A stretch of DNA of 64,000 nt from Balanoglossus misakiensis (Eukaryota > Animalia > Hemichordata): NCBI GenBank assembly GCA_040954595.2, contig CM082578.2, positions 5,937,519 to 6,001,518 on the forward strand. Direction: 5' to 3'. Every line of letters starts with the position of its first letter. Position 1 is the first letter of the stretch. A program made the position numbers and the translations under genes. Below the pieces are notes generated by a model. That model was not told the DNA's origin. It worked only from the letters and a program-made list of their open reading frames with translations, and ran no database searches. Shown one piece after another: positions 27,962-40,954 of this stretch.

Positions 27962-30161
27962 TTGATTTGAGAACTAAACCGAAACACCTACTACCGTGCT
28001 TCTTCTAATCAAATCGCAGTACATGTACATGTATTTCACACCCAGGGCACTTAAAGACCCATAGTTGCTGACGTGGGCATTTCTATAGATATAAACAAAA
28101 GATCTTTCGTCTGTGCATGAAACTATACATAGGAAACAAAGAGTCGGTTGTGCATAACATATGCCTTATTAATCAAATGAATAGTTTGCACCATTTGCCC
28201 TGTCTGTGGTTCAGTGAGGAGAACTACACACTTTTTAACTGCAGCTGTGTGTTCTCACACAAAAGCTCTCAAAAGTTACTTTGGTTGTCGACTTGACTGT
28301 ATCACGATTCAAAAATGACGTGCATCCTGCTCATTAGTATTCATACCAAAACATCGGACCAGACCAAAAAGAATATGGCCACGCAACAAATACGGATTGA
28401 AGTAAAATCAACTGCTGAAGCATGGGCTTCATTTGGGGGTTGTTGAATTGATGCTAACCACCCCGTGTGTCTGTATCTCGAGCGCCGTGAGGAAGGGAAG
28501 GCGTGATGCCGGACTGCCGCAACTTTGTGGACCGAGTGACCGCGGTAGACCCAACCACCATCCGACCACGGAGCTCCCCATGCACCAGCCTATACGTGTA
28601 CGTGCACAACAAAACTGAACATGACTCTACCTAAGCAATACCTCCATTCTCTGACCATGACAACTCAAATGAAAAAGACGCCAATGTCAGGGTTAGTCAG
28701 TAGTCGTGGAAGACGACAGTACTACCTTACCACAGCAGGAACGCTTATCACAACCTTTCTCCGAATTCAAAGAAGTGCGCTCGGCACGTCCCGCTTGTCA
28801 TGGTATCCACTGACCGTCCGCGTGTTATTTACCCGCAGTCGTCTTTCAAGTCTTTCACGAGCTCGTCAATGCGTTATGTAATTGGAACAGACTATTAATA
28901 TGTAAAGCATTTACGTTCGTAACCTCAGCAGTCCATAGGCTTTGCAAGGTTTGTTTGTTGTTGATTTTTTTGGAGTGGCACGACCAAGAATCTCAAGCCC
29001 CCCCCCCCCCCAAAAAAAAAATCATAGTCAGAGCCAAAATAACCCCAACACTTTACCCATGCCATTTCCCGTGAGGACTCCTGTGTGGAAAATGCAAATT
29101 AGTCCCAGTACAATACTTCTGATTCATTAAAGAACGCACAATACTCTTTGTCTGTCACAATACCAAGTAGTGAAAGGGATGTGACGTGTTGTTGCGGCCG
29201 TGTTTGCACATCTCTCTCGTGTCAAAAGGCGCAGTGAAAGTGGAACACTGAATCGGTCAGGCTGTAAGAGGCAGCAACCCTTCATCTGGGACCGCTCGCC
29301 GCATTTTACCTCACCTGTGTGTGTTCAAATTGAAAGGGCGAATGAGAAGCGTTTTTTTTCCAGACGTCTTTTAGTGAAAGCGATGGCATTTTAGGAAATT
29401 AGAATTGCAAGACTTGTAAAGGCTGAATATGTACAGTGTAGAATGTTTTCCCCACGTTTGGAGGTTGTCAACTGACTGCAGAATTATTGAAAAATATGCT
29501 TTCTCCTGGCGTATCTCATGAGGTTTGGCTTGAGGTATCTCGGTCATTTAAGGATACAAGTCTACGTCCTTGCACTTGCTGTGGCCGCAGGTACTGTCGA
29601 CGTCGGGCGCATTTTCAATAGTTATTTACTGTTCGTAAACGAATTCTACTTGGACGATGTGCGTGGACGGTGTCAGTGCAAGCGCATCGAATGGTTAATT
29701 TTGGCACTCCTATCCCAGTTATAACGCAAACACTAAAACAGTAAATACCCAGTTAATTTTTCTCGCCCTAAATTCAGTCGGACTGAATCTAAGAATAAAA
29801 AGTGATTTTTCGGAGTGACCCCCAGGATTGACCCATCCATGTAACTTTCATCTCCCAACGTGACGCATACAAAACACCGCCCCCAAAATGGTCAAACCCC
29901 GAGCCAACACAGTACATGTACATGTAATGCTCAAATTCGCTATGTTCGGCCATCAGTTGGATTCGACCAACCCTGATTACTAATTCTAAATAGATCCAGA
30001 TATGTTGCATACAATTCGACAATGCTGTTCCAGGTGAGTTCTCACCGAGTGCACTTTGAAATCCCGGTTCCCGTTTTGTACATCAACTAGACGTCATTTC
30101 AAGGACAGTTTCGTCACCGCACAGGTCATATCCCACACCCTTCTTTGGCGGCAATATTCGT

Positions 30162-30221
30162 CACTCCTGACCTTGTCAGAACCTGGTCAGAGGTGACCAG
30201 GCTCTGACAGGGTCAGGAGTG
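30162..30221. repeat. 60-bp near-perfect inverted repeat (hairpin)
   Basis: CACTCCTGACCTTGTCAGAACCTGGTCA-GAGG-TGACCAGGCTCTGACAGGGTCAGGAGTG: 28-bp arms with 2 mismatches. Confidence 0.9.
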
Positions 30222-30355
30222 TGGTATAATACTCAGTCACACTGATAGATTATTCACTGTAAGCTGGTTGGTTCTATTCTTTTATTTTTTAAGTACATAC
30301 ATCACATTTAAAGGCGTACAACACTATACTCCAGGGAATATGATTACTTAATTAA

Positions 30356-30705
30356 AGGGACAAAATCTCTCTCACTGCCTTTTTTCCATTAATTATGTTC
30401 GATACAAGACACCGCTTATCGTATTCTACATGTGGCTATGGATATATAGTGAATCAACGTTCGACCACACACAACTTCCATCCAACTTGTAGACACGAGA
30501 GTGAAAAACTCGCCAAAACGAATAATCGGTGTTTACCATTTATTCATTTTGGCGGGATTTTTACTCTCATATCTTACACACGGAATGGAAGTTGTGTGTC
30601 GTTGAATGTTGATCTATATATCCACATGTAGAATAACATAAAAGGTGTCTTGTATCAAATCCATAATTAATGGAAAAAGAACAACGAGAGAGAGACTTTG
30701 TCCCT
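30356..30705. mobile_element. Second copy of the 8848-9207 MITE (inverted)
   Basis: TTAA-AGGGACAAAATCTCTCT...AGAGAGACTTTGTCCCT-TCAA with a shared interior. Confidence 0.85.
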
Positions 30706-31538
30706 TCAACCCCAAAATGGTCTTGTTTTCTTTCACCCGGATCGAAGGAAACAGACAATTTTTGGAATGACTCGCCCGAGGGAGTATATACCGTGCAAGC
30801 CGAATATGGCCAGTAAATGCATTTGAAATGCACCTCACGGAATGTAACGTATGTGCATGGTTACACAGCACGCCTTTCTACCGAGCCACCGGGTATTGCG
30901 AATTGTTAGTGCATAATATCAGAACCAGACGTGGTCATCTCATTCTCGACAATCATAAACATTAGGTACACGATTTACGACAGGTAGGTTGTTGCATATT
31001 TGCCCTCGTGGCCGGCCACGTCGATCACATTAACAAATGGAACGGACTTTTTACTGGTATACAAAAACATTTGTCTCAAATAAACAAAATGAGTACTTAG
31101 AACAAATCGATCCATTGATGAAAGAATTGCCAAATTTATAAATGTGCATCAGTGACATGCTATTTCCTTCTTACTGGTATCGAACTGGGACACGCAGAAC
31201 AAACATGAACCATATTTCTGTTGATGGTCTGATATTGCTTAACGTTTGCACAATAGCCGTTATCTGTAGTTCGATATTAGTTCAATCTTTATCTGCATAC
31301 GTCCGCCATTAGTGTTTCATCGTGGACTCAACTGGCTCTAAAACCTGTATATTTAGTCACGGTGGCTCCACACACTTTAATAATTAATTCATTAAAATGA
31401 TGTTGCACTCTAGTCAGGTTAAAGTCACTTCATTACAGAGCAACCCGTGATCTCCAAGAAATGACCCGGGCATCACTTCGCAACTGTTTGAAATGGACAA
31501 AAACACGTAATGTAATACGTGTGGAGTGGACCACGAGT

Positions 31539-31640
31539 TAGCCTGGCCCCATACCAGTGTGTTTTAGATATATAGACATTCTACACACTGTTGTGTAGAA
31601 TTTCTATATATCTAAAACACACTGGTCTGGGGCCAGGCTA
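31539..31640. mobile_element. 102-bp palindromic MITE with TAG...CTA termini and a 9-bp TSD (AcademH-like)
   Basis: TAGCCTGGCCCCATACCAGTGTGTTTTAGATATATAGA / TCTATATATCTAAAACACACTGGTCTGGGGCCAGGCTA, flanked by ACCACGAGT and ACCATAAGT. Confidence 0.8.
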
Positions 31641-32311
31641 ACCATAAGTAGACAGTTTGAACAAAGTTATCAGATCATTTTTGACAGGTTCCAGTTATTC
31701 CTCAAATGAAACAGAACCAATTGACCTCCTTCATAAAATGCGCGGTTTGAGACAGACAAAACTTTTTCACATTTTCAGAGGAATTATCATCATGAATCAC
31801 GCGGTTACCTGGCCAGAATTTTTTTTAAATCGAAAACATGTCCTTTTCAGTAGATAAAGGAAATTAGACTGCGTATACACGCATGAACTTTAGCTTCCTA
31901 TACAGGTACCTCACCCTCGCGCAGAACAATGTAGATACACACGCACACCGATTTTACGGCAGTGCGCGCCTCGAAAGTAAAAGTCTTGAATATTTTCTCA
32001 TATTGCGCTCAATTATTCTCTCTCAAATTGAGTATGATAAATGGGAGCACCCGGGCATAGGCCTATTTTTGAATGATTCAGAAAAACTTCCGATTTGGTC
32101 GTCAGTAATTCAATGCCGAACTGTTTCGAAACCAAAGAGTTAGGTGGGTGTACGCAGATATACAACATACCTGATTGTTTACTTGTAGTTCAGACACGGT
32201 CTCTCCATGCACCCCACTGAGGACGACTACACGATAACAAACTGCGCTTGCGCAAGTGATGACATCACTTGTCTGGGGACGGTGAGCTTCAGGTCATTCA
32301 GGTCATGTACC

Positions 32312-32460
32312 CGATCTGATTAAAATCAGATGTAGGGTACGGCGACGTCTTTTACGCGCACTGCGCGGTATTCTCTTATACTGTCGCCTCGCGCATAAGA
32401 ATACCGTACCGCGTATGTAAAAGACGTTGCCATACTCTACATCTGATTTTAATCAGATTG
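32312..32460. mobile_element. 149-bp palindromic MITE sharing TIRs with 35157-36012
   Basis: CGATCTGATTAAAATCAGATGTAGGGTACGGCGACGT...ACGTTGCCATACTCTACATCTGATTTTAATCAGATTG, with degenerate 9-bp flanks TCATGTACC / ACGTGTACA. Confidence 0.8.
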
Positions 32461-33259
32461 ACGTGTACAACTCTTTGTCTCATGCTCGTGTCCCTTGTTC
32501 CAGATCATGCCTTTTTTCTCAAACCACACACAGACGGGTCATAATTATGTTTAAAAATCAATAATTTCGATTTCTTTTTCAACTAACATTCAAGCCTCAT
32601 GGTTATCTTCAAAAATCACTTTGAAATCAACAATAAGCTGTTATTTTCGTTGGTATTAATCACGGCAAAACACAAAGACAGCTGTACAGATGATTCTACT
32701 GTACAACTGTGTATTATTTCATGATTTGTAGCAATTCCAGTAGTTTACTTTCATTTGCCGACCGTACAGTGGCCGGACTTGCTTACACTCTGCAATTTAC
32801 AGTCCCTACCGCACAAGTAACATCCCACAGAAGATCACAATAAATTAGGAATCGACATAAAGGCTTGGGCATGTACACAAATCTTATCACTTAAAGGGGA
32901 GGGTGGTCAGAACTGCACGTTGGACTTTTCAGTTTAAAAACACACCAATGATCCACATGGACTGAAATGCAGACAAAGAAAATACAAGCCCTGCAAGTCA
33001 CCTGGATTGTATTGATATACTTTATTCTGATTTTTTTAAATACATGACTGTACACATGCACAGATAATCTTCATGTCAAAACTGAATACAACAAAAAAAG
33101 CTATAGTTTTTCACACAAACACACCAACGCAGAACTTAGGAGACTGATAGTTTCCTAAATGTTCTTCCTACAATGTGAAAAACATTCCAGGACTATAGTA
33201 CACAGATGATCAAGAAATCCAGTCTATAAAAACAACAAACTTCGAGTCGACTGTTTACA

Positions 33260-36200
33260 TCATGACTGCGAAGCCACTTCTCTCTTCGTCAACAAATTCT
33301 GAAAAGTCAACAAGAATGGAAAAAATAACATGGGTTCACAAATGCACGACTGCTGAAGGGATAATTAACAAGAACTGCAGCCATATTGGATCACATCATA
33401 TCATGACACAAATTGATATTCATGTGTGTATATCATGTGACATTGTGCCAAGATGTATGAACAGTAGTTTGTCAGGCATGTCAGTAAAAATGGATCCGGA
33501 CATGAAAAACTGCAATAAAATGGCCACCAAATAGCTGTATTGGTTCATAACACAAGTAAAAATCCACATGTATGTATATCATGGTACATATACACTATTC
33601 TGATAATAATCGTCTGGCCCTGATACAGGATTTGCTGATTAACATAACATGATCCGGCAATTTATTGCACAAATGTGAGGGTGTCCCCCCCCCCCCCCCC
33701 CCCCCCCCATACACAGGCACGTGAATCTAGGTATATGATAAGAAGCATTATTGACATTTTTTCAGGTGCATCTGCATAATAGCTCTTGATATTTAAAAAA
33801 AATGTTACAAAATGGTTGCCTGGTGGCCAATTGAATTGTGTACCAAAATAAATTGATGTGTACATGTCAATCTTAGTATGTTATCCTTGTACTGAGTTTG
33901 ACTGTTATCATCAGTCATGTTCGAGTAATGACTTCAGACACACGGACAGAAAGGCAGACACCAATCCAATAGTTTCCCTCCCCCTCTCACACAAACACAC
34001 ACACACACACCTCCACTGTCTGCAGGGACGAAAGTGTTACCACATTCATTACATGAAGGAATTCATTTCACTTACATTTCTGGTCTGTTCAACACAGCTG
34101 GTAAAAGCTCTCACTTCTGTGGCACAATTCAGGGTCTCCTTGGGATTCATGCTGTAACACTTGAGCACCTCCTCCTGAAGATCTTTACATATTGGCCTGT
34201 ACGTTTGGTGTCTGCAAAAACAAAAGCATACATAATCACATGCACCCGACAATTTCAGCTAAGCTTCAGTGCAGCAAAATACCACAGAGATTGAATGTTT
34301 AATCACAACGAACATTAATGAAAGGACTCACATAAACTTGGCCTCCACTTCTTCTGCCGCCTTGCTGAATTGCTCAGAAGTCAACCTGTATAGTTCAGCA
34401 TTCTGAAAACGATTGAAAAGGCCAGCAAAATTAAGTATGTATAACATTGCTTATGTACATGTATAGTATACAAAAGCTGTTAAAATGTATCAGTTTCTTA
34501 GCTTGTTCATCCCTACAGATCATGAGAGTATACTGATTCGATTTGTTCTATTTGTTTGTCTGTCCATACAAAGAAAATATTACTCAGACATGCCACAACA
34601 AATTTCATTCTAACTGGCCTGTTGGGTACAGGACCAGTAGGCCACATATGCATTGTACATCCATTTGTTTGCAATAAAAGAAAATACACGTGTTGCCTAA
34701 ATGTTGCAGCAATGATTTTTACAGTACCTTCAGTTCCGCCTGTCTGAGTTTATCTCTCCACCTACTCTCACTGTCTTCCAATTTCTTGACGTATTCATCA
34801 TCTGCTCGAGTTGTCTGAAAAACAAATGCCATTCCATGATAACTGTGTCTTAAATTTGCCAAGGTGACAGTATCCTGCTGAACAGACAATGGTGTAAAAA
34901 CGAGCCTATAGGTATTATATTGGTAAGTGGCTCAAGAGAGCCATCTTCCTCTACAAAATGCATCACTTGAAAATGTGTGAATTTCACTTAATATTTCAAA
35001 TGTTAGTTTGCCTTAATTTTTGTCAGTGATAGGGAAAGTGTTAAAATGACTTACTCCACTCTTTTGTTTATCTGATTTGGCATCTGAAAAAAGAAAATAA
35101 AGGGGTGAAGATGCTTACAATGCAAATGCGTCTGTTTCATGGGTAATACAAAGAAACAATCTGATTAAAATCAGATGTAGGGAACGGCGACGTGGTTTAT
35201 CATATGCCTATATTCACGTGCCCATGTAATGTCTATGGGGAAAAGCGCCCTCACATCCGTGCAGTTTTTTTGCTTATCACGCCCCGGCCCGGTGACCATA
35301 TTTGGAAGACGCGTTCAATATCCGGATCTAGTTTTGTGTTTATTGCGCGAGATTCGAAAGTTGTCGTTGCTACGTTCTGAATTAAATTTTTCTGGTGCGT
35401 TGTCAGTGACTAGTGCACTTGCAGTGTGTGTATATCCTATGCCGCTACCGAATCCCATCATCTCCCGTAATCGCTGCATGTTGTAGAGCTTTATTTGGAA
35501 ATATGAATAGTAAAATTGATGATTTGATCTGATTAATGTGTGACTGTCGGCGTCGATCGTCGCGAAGAAAAAATAATGTTTTGCTCGCGCTCGGCTCTGT
35601 GAGTTCGAGCGCGTCTATATCTCACGTGCAATAGAATGTAAACAAATGACATCGTGCATATCAATCCGCAAGAACTGGAGGAATGCGGCTCTATGCTACG
35701 CGATTGATCATTTCAAAACGATAGATAAAAACGTAATATTTACATTCCAAAATATTACAGAATGTGTATTTTATTAGTTTCTTGTTGATTATTGTTCAAT
35801 AAGGCATATGATAAAACCTTTACGGCCCTGATACGGGTTTTGCGGCCCTCGGTCGTACGGCGATTCGCGCCCTCCCTGCGGTCGGGCGCTTCCGCCGTAC
35901 GACCTCGGGCCGCAAAACCCGTATCAGGGCCGTAAAGATTATTTATTTGTGCTGTCGCCTGAGGCAAATAAAACCACGTCGCCGTTCCCTACATCTGATT
36001 TTAATCAGATTGACAAAGAAAGTGTACTGTAAAATGTTGTTGATTGTTTTAAATGCAGTCATGATTATATTATGCCATTCTTTTGGCGCCCAATGAAAAC
36101 AATTTACAGAGATTAATATAAATGTAACAAATACTGTTACATATCATTGTTATCATAGACTCACCTTCTGGTTCAGATTCACCCATCATTCGGCGTACCA

Positions 36201-36762
36201 CAGACTCGGATATCTGAAAAACAATAATAGAATGCACATGAATTCATCAGTCATTCTAAATTACGGATATGCCCCCCCCCCCCCCCCCGCCAGAATATTT
36301 GGGGGATTCCATTCTGGCGAGGGGGGATGTGACAGTTTCAACATATGAGTGACATCATTATCATAGTGGAACTGCTGATCCCCTTTGACAAATTGTTAGG
36401 GGGTGCCAACATCATGTCAACAGGGTAGGGGTGAAAATCCCCAGGACCCCGTCTAGATGAAACATGGAGAATCTCTTAAACGGCTGTAATATTTGTCCAA
36501 ATAAAATATGGAACACACGTTCAACCATTTGACTTCACAGAGTGCTCTGTGCAGCTATTTGATGGCGACGAGTCCCGCACGCGCCGATCGATCTGGGCCC
36601 GCATCCCACTCCCAGTACAGTGGATGTGATGATCATGAACTGGGCCATGGTCATTGATCGGGATTGAAATACTGAGATGGATTTAGGTCAAACCTTCACT
36701 GTTCCGTGGGCGTGATCCACTTCCACTGTTACGGTTTTCGGTGTGCTCCCTGAAGCACCCAT
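33260..36762 (-). CDS. CHCHD3: MICOS complex subunit MIC19/MIC25 (CHCHD3/CHCHD6-like), about 159 aa, 7 coding exons
   Basis: Exons 36762-36694, 36213-36165, 35083-35055, 34814-34728, 34402-34332, 34211-34076, 33298-33260. N-myristoylation start MGASGS, VKISESVVRRM, ELYRLTSEQFSKAAEEVEAKF, and twin CX9C motifs (CKDLQEEVLKC, CATEVRAFTSC). Confidence 0.9.
35157..36012. mobile_element. 856-bp non-autonomous DNA transposon with a perfect 42-bp TIR and a perfect 9-bp TSD, in CHCHD3 intron 2
   Basis: TIR CAATCTGATTAAAATCAGATGTAGGGAACGGCGACGTGGTTT. TSD ACAAAGAAA at 35148-35156 and 36013-36021. A 9-bp TSD is compatible with AcademH or MULE. Confidence 0.9.
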
Positions 36763-37746
36763 TATCCCAAGAAAGTGTTCAGAACTGCAGAAGTCTCACC
36801 GATCCTGGGGTCGTCGACAACCTTGCTCCGCACGTAAGTAACCTTTGACATTACAATGTTTGTTTGTGGTGTCTATTCTCAACTGGTTCACTTTCTGAAA
36901 CATTAAATCTTTATTATTTCCACGCCGCGCCGTAAAATGCTATGTTAAAACTACTCAAATAGTTTCTTCCCTAAAACTCTGCCTAAAGTTTATGTTCTAA
37001 CTTGTCAAAAATGAAAACGTCAAGTTTAAAGAAAATGGTGAGGTCGAAGGTCAACCTGTGCGACAAAATTCATATTAGTATTCGTGCTGGATGTGAAATA
37101 TGAACGTAGGTTTCAAGAAATAATTTCACATTTGAACAGTTTAAGTACCATTTGAATGTTGTAACCAATAGTAGATAAAACATTATCTGTAAGAACTGCT
37201 TTCAAATTTTCTGAATTAAGAGTGATCACCGAACTACACGGGATTTCTTCATGGGAGTGGTTGAATCTGAATTCATGCAGGATAAAGCAGAACATGCACA
37301 TGTCGACAGAGTACAGCAGCATACTGCAGCAGACAACAATAAGTAAAATCCTTCGACGTCTCGCAGCTCTGTCTTTTACGTGGAGATATACCTTCCGATA
37401 TATACTCAGAACTGCCGTGAACTCGTTCTACGTAGCCAAGAGTAAACGAGCACATGGGCCCATTTACTTTGGTGCATGTAAAGGTGCATGTGGTGAGTTG
37501 CTAGCGCTGACGATTTGCAGACGTATATTTGTAAGGCGATCTGTCATGTATGCGATGTTTTCAGCACACGACGCAATACGGGTCTACAAGTATCTACAGC
37601 AATAACGTGTCAGTGGTGTTAGGATCTACGACGGGCTGTGTTGGATCTAGCGGGTACCCCATGCAGCAGGCAAATTAGTGAATGCTGTTACTTGAGGTGG
37701 TGTGTTTGTAAACAGTTTTACCATAGCAGTGGTATATTGGTGAGTG
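36763..37746. promoter_or_regulatory. Probable bidirectional promoter region between CHCHD3 and GEMIN2
   Basis: Divergent ATGs at 36762 (-) and 37747 (+), under 1 kb apart. Transcription start sites cannot be placed from sequence. Confidence 0.6.
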
Positions 37747-40700
37747 ATGGAATCTTTAATGGACCAAGCTCTTGAAGTTGAACTAGGCAGTGAAGAATCT
37801 GAAATCGATGTAGGGGCTCCAACATCTGGACTTGAATACCTCCGTAGAGTCAGGTGTGTTACTGTATTTATGTGTGTTTGGGAGAGTATGTTTGTAATGT
37901 GAATACTGATCATTGATCCAGGCGATGGGACATTGTGAAAGTTATCACATTATGACATACTTTACATATGTCCATATGTGGTTCAAGTCTTTGAATGACT
38001 GTTTGATTGCACACTTTTTTCACATGACCACATGAAAATGTGTCATTGGCTAGATCTCGGCATTCCATGGTAACTGTGGCAAAGCTTACATAGGTGACCA
38101 GGGTACATTTAGCACTGTACTGTACAGCCACAGATTTTATTACCAGACCTAAGAAGTCATACTCACTCCTCATTCAATACTGTACAAATTGTTTTATAAC
38201 ACTAACAGTTTTGTTTTGTTTTTGTTTTTTATTTCTTTTGCAGAAAAGAAGCCCGGAAGTGTGAACAAGTTGTTGTGGCAAATATTAATGTGGAGAATTT
38301 CAAAAACAGACAAACTGTCCGTGTATCTGATGTATGTGCATTCCTGTCTATATAATGCAATATTTATTGTTTGATGCAATGTAAAATATTGGGGTACTAA
38401 TTGTGCCTTAGTACACATCATCAAGATTTTTATTTTGAAAAAAAAAATATCTAATCGTTTTCAAATTGGCTGTGGAAGAGCCATAATCAAGACTAGCCCC
38501 TCATAATACAGTGGTGTTAAAGCGCCTAGCTCGTCTCACACACATGTTCCAGCTGTAGCCGCTGGTTACAGACGTTTGGTGAACAGTCAATCCCATAAGG
38601 CAGTGCTCTGTCCCAACAACAGAGAAGATGGTGGCGACCATAATCTGTGTTGGAAATCGTGAAAAGACACCAGCTTGGGTGAAAAGGAGGGACAAAACCA
38701 GAATCTACTTATACGGTGCGCATGAAATATGGAAGGAAGCGAAGGCAGTCCACTATTTGAATGCATTGAACGGAAAATTTGCTGGCTATATGGGAAGTTA
38801 CGCGCATGCGCATGAGACGATCTATTGCCTTTAATGTTCTGTCGGTCAATCTTGAAGGTGTCACCTTTCCATCTTGCAGGCGAGCGATCTGGAGGAGACA
38901 CCACATGGGTTTGCAGCAATCTTAGAATGGCAACGATATCAGACTGCGTTCTTCTCCAAAGTGAGAGAAAAACTTACAAGACACCAGGCCAGATGCAGGA
39001 TAGAGGATCCCAAATGTAGACTTTCACTGGTTGGTAGCAACAATGTTCATATGCGTGTTCAGTGTCACAGGTGTAGGGTGTGAACAAGGCAATTGTAGCT
39101 ATGGGAGTACTGGTTTACATGGCTGTGAGGGCAGTTTCTTGACTGTGATGTCTGAGGTCATCTTGTGGAAAACTGCTATATGAAGCAATAGACCTAGCCC
39201 ATGTTATGCCTCAACACACAAGTCGCCCATGAGCAGCCCACATTCACTGCAGGTTGGGCAACTTCTTGAAGTGTTCAGTGACATCTAGATGAACTTTGAT
39301 ATATCACAATAGAGACTGCCCTCATCATCATGTAAGTGATAAATGGCTGTAGAAGACTCTGCTAAGCACGAGTAGCTACCTGTGGTTAGGTCCATCAACT
39401 GCCACTTTGTTTACTCTTCATGTATTATTTTCACACAAAAAAATTTTTTTGCAGCCAAAATCCACAGAGGAAGAGTTATGGTGTAAATTTTGTTTTGGAG
39501 AAGAGTTCAATAACATCCGTCGTGGGCGGAATTCTGACACCACAACACTGCCGCAGGTCTCAGAGAATGTCAATGCAGGAATACCACCTTTACTTGGAAT
39601 TATTGCTGCCTTGGATCAGGTACATTTTTTTTCATTCTCATATCGACAATCATGTTAAATTTACACAATGGAGAATTAAGTTATTTTTTATAATTCACTT
39701 GTGTTCTGCCACCACTCCAAAGAGAAATTTGAAACTGTCAAGTTGCATGCATGTTTGTCCCAATGCAATGAAGTGATAAACATAAAATGGAAATAAACTG
39801 CCTAGTTTTCTTTCTTGCATGTATACCATTGCTGATAATAAGATGCAACTGGGAAACTTCTTGAACAAATCTTGACATGTAAATAATTATACCCATGTAT
39901 GTCTATATCAATGTCACAACTTCTCCAGCATCTGTTGTTCGTATACAGTCAAACCTGTCTATAGTAGCCAGTCAAGGGACTTTCCCAAACTGGCCTTTAT
40001 AGACAGGTGGTCTTTATAGACAGGTCGTACAGGGACTGTAACAAAGTGGCCACTATATAGAGGTGGTCACTAACACAGGTTTGACTATAACAGTAATGGT
40101 CAGCATGCACCATTTTATTCTAGAGTAGGCCCAGTTAGCATTTAGTTTTTGTATGTATGTTTTAAAGTAGAGCCAAGACAACTCGAGAATTGCTTTTCGA
40201 CCCAAAGTTTCATTCATCAAGGGCAAGTCTTCTCTTCTATCTTCACTTGTTCCCACACCAGGTGACAGTATGTCAGTTACTGGAGTACCACATCAGATGG
40301 TTCGGCATCTTGGGATTCTCAACCCGACAGGGAAGATGGTTGTACGCACTACTGCTGTGTCTGGAGAAACCCGTGTTGGCCGACTCCATCGCTTGGCTGC
40401 GTGCCTTGGCTAGACACTGTGCTTCCATCAGAGCAAAGTTGGTTCCGGTACGTGTATGGCTCCCTTTTTTTGCTGTACTGTTAAAGGGAAGGGGTTGTTG
40501 CGCTGGCTTGGTGTCCCCCTTCCTTGATGAGAATACGAATACGTCCTCCCATACCCCAGAGCAAACCCCACTGCAGTCACCACGACGTACTAGGATCTTC
40601 GGTTACTGTCATGCCCTGTCTATGCTACGGTTGGCTGCTTTGTGCATTATAAGAATTATCTAATTACAGGGATTTGTGGATGAATTGTAATGTTTATAGA

Positions 40701-40954
40701 CAAACAAACGTGGCCGACGACCCCTTCACTTAAACCTAAAGAGTCAACTATAGGCAAATTTCTGGTTGACCCCTGTTTGACCTGTGCTGTCATGTTTGTG
40801 ATAAACTCTTTTTTTTTTTTTTTTCTATTTTTTGATTTTTTTTTCACAGGGGAGAGACGAGGAGAGACTGACGGAACTGAACTTGCTGATCTGCCTGGTA
40901 GCTAGATACTTCGATCAGACTGACCTGGCTGACAGGCCGTCACAGCAGACGTGA
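37747..40954 (+). CDS. GEMIN2: Gem-associated protein 2 (SMN-interacting protein SIP1), about 266 aa, 6 coding exons
   Basis: Exons 37747-37853, 38244-38331, 38880-39029, 39455-39619, 40262-40447, 40850-40954. Motifs: EYLRRV..EA.KC..VVVA, EWQ..Q...[52 protein letters not shown]. Confidence 0.95.
38521..38830. mobile_element. TTAA-flanked MITE in GEMIN2 intron 2
   Basis: TTAA at 38517-38520 and 38831-38834, an imperfect TIR, and homology to 22298-22566. Confidence 0.75.
39946..40087. mobile_element. TA-target Tc1/mariner (pogo/Tigger-like) MITE in GEMIN2 intron 4
   Basis: TA-CAGTCAAACCTGT...ACAGGTTTGACTA-TA, with internal repeats of TTTATAGACAGGT. Confidence 0.8.
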
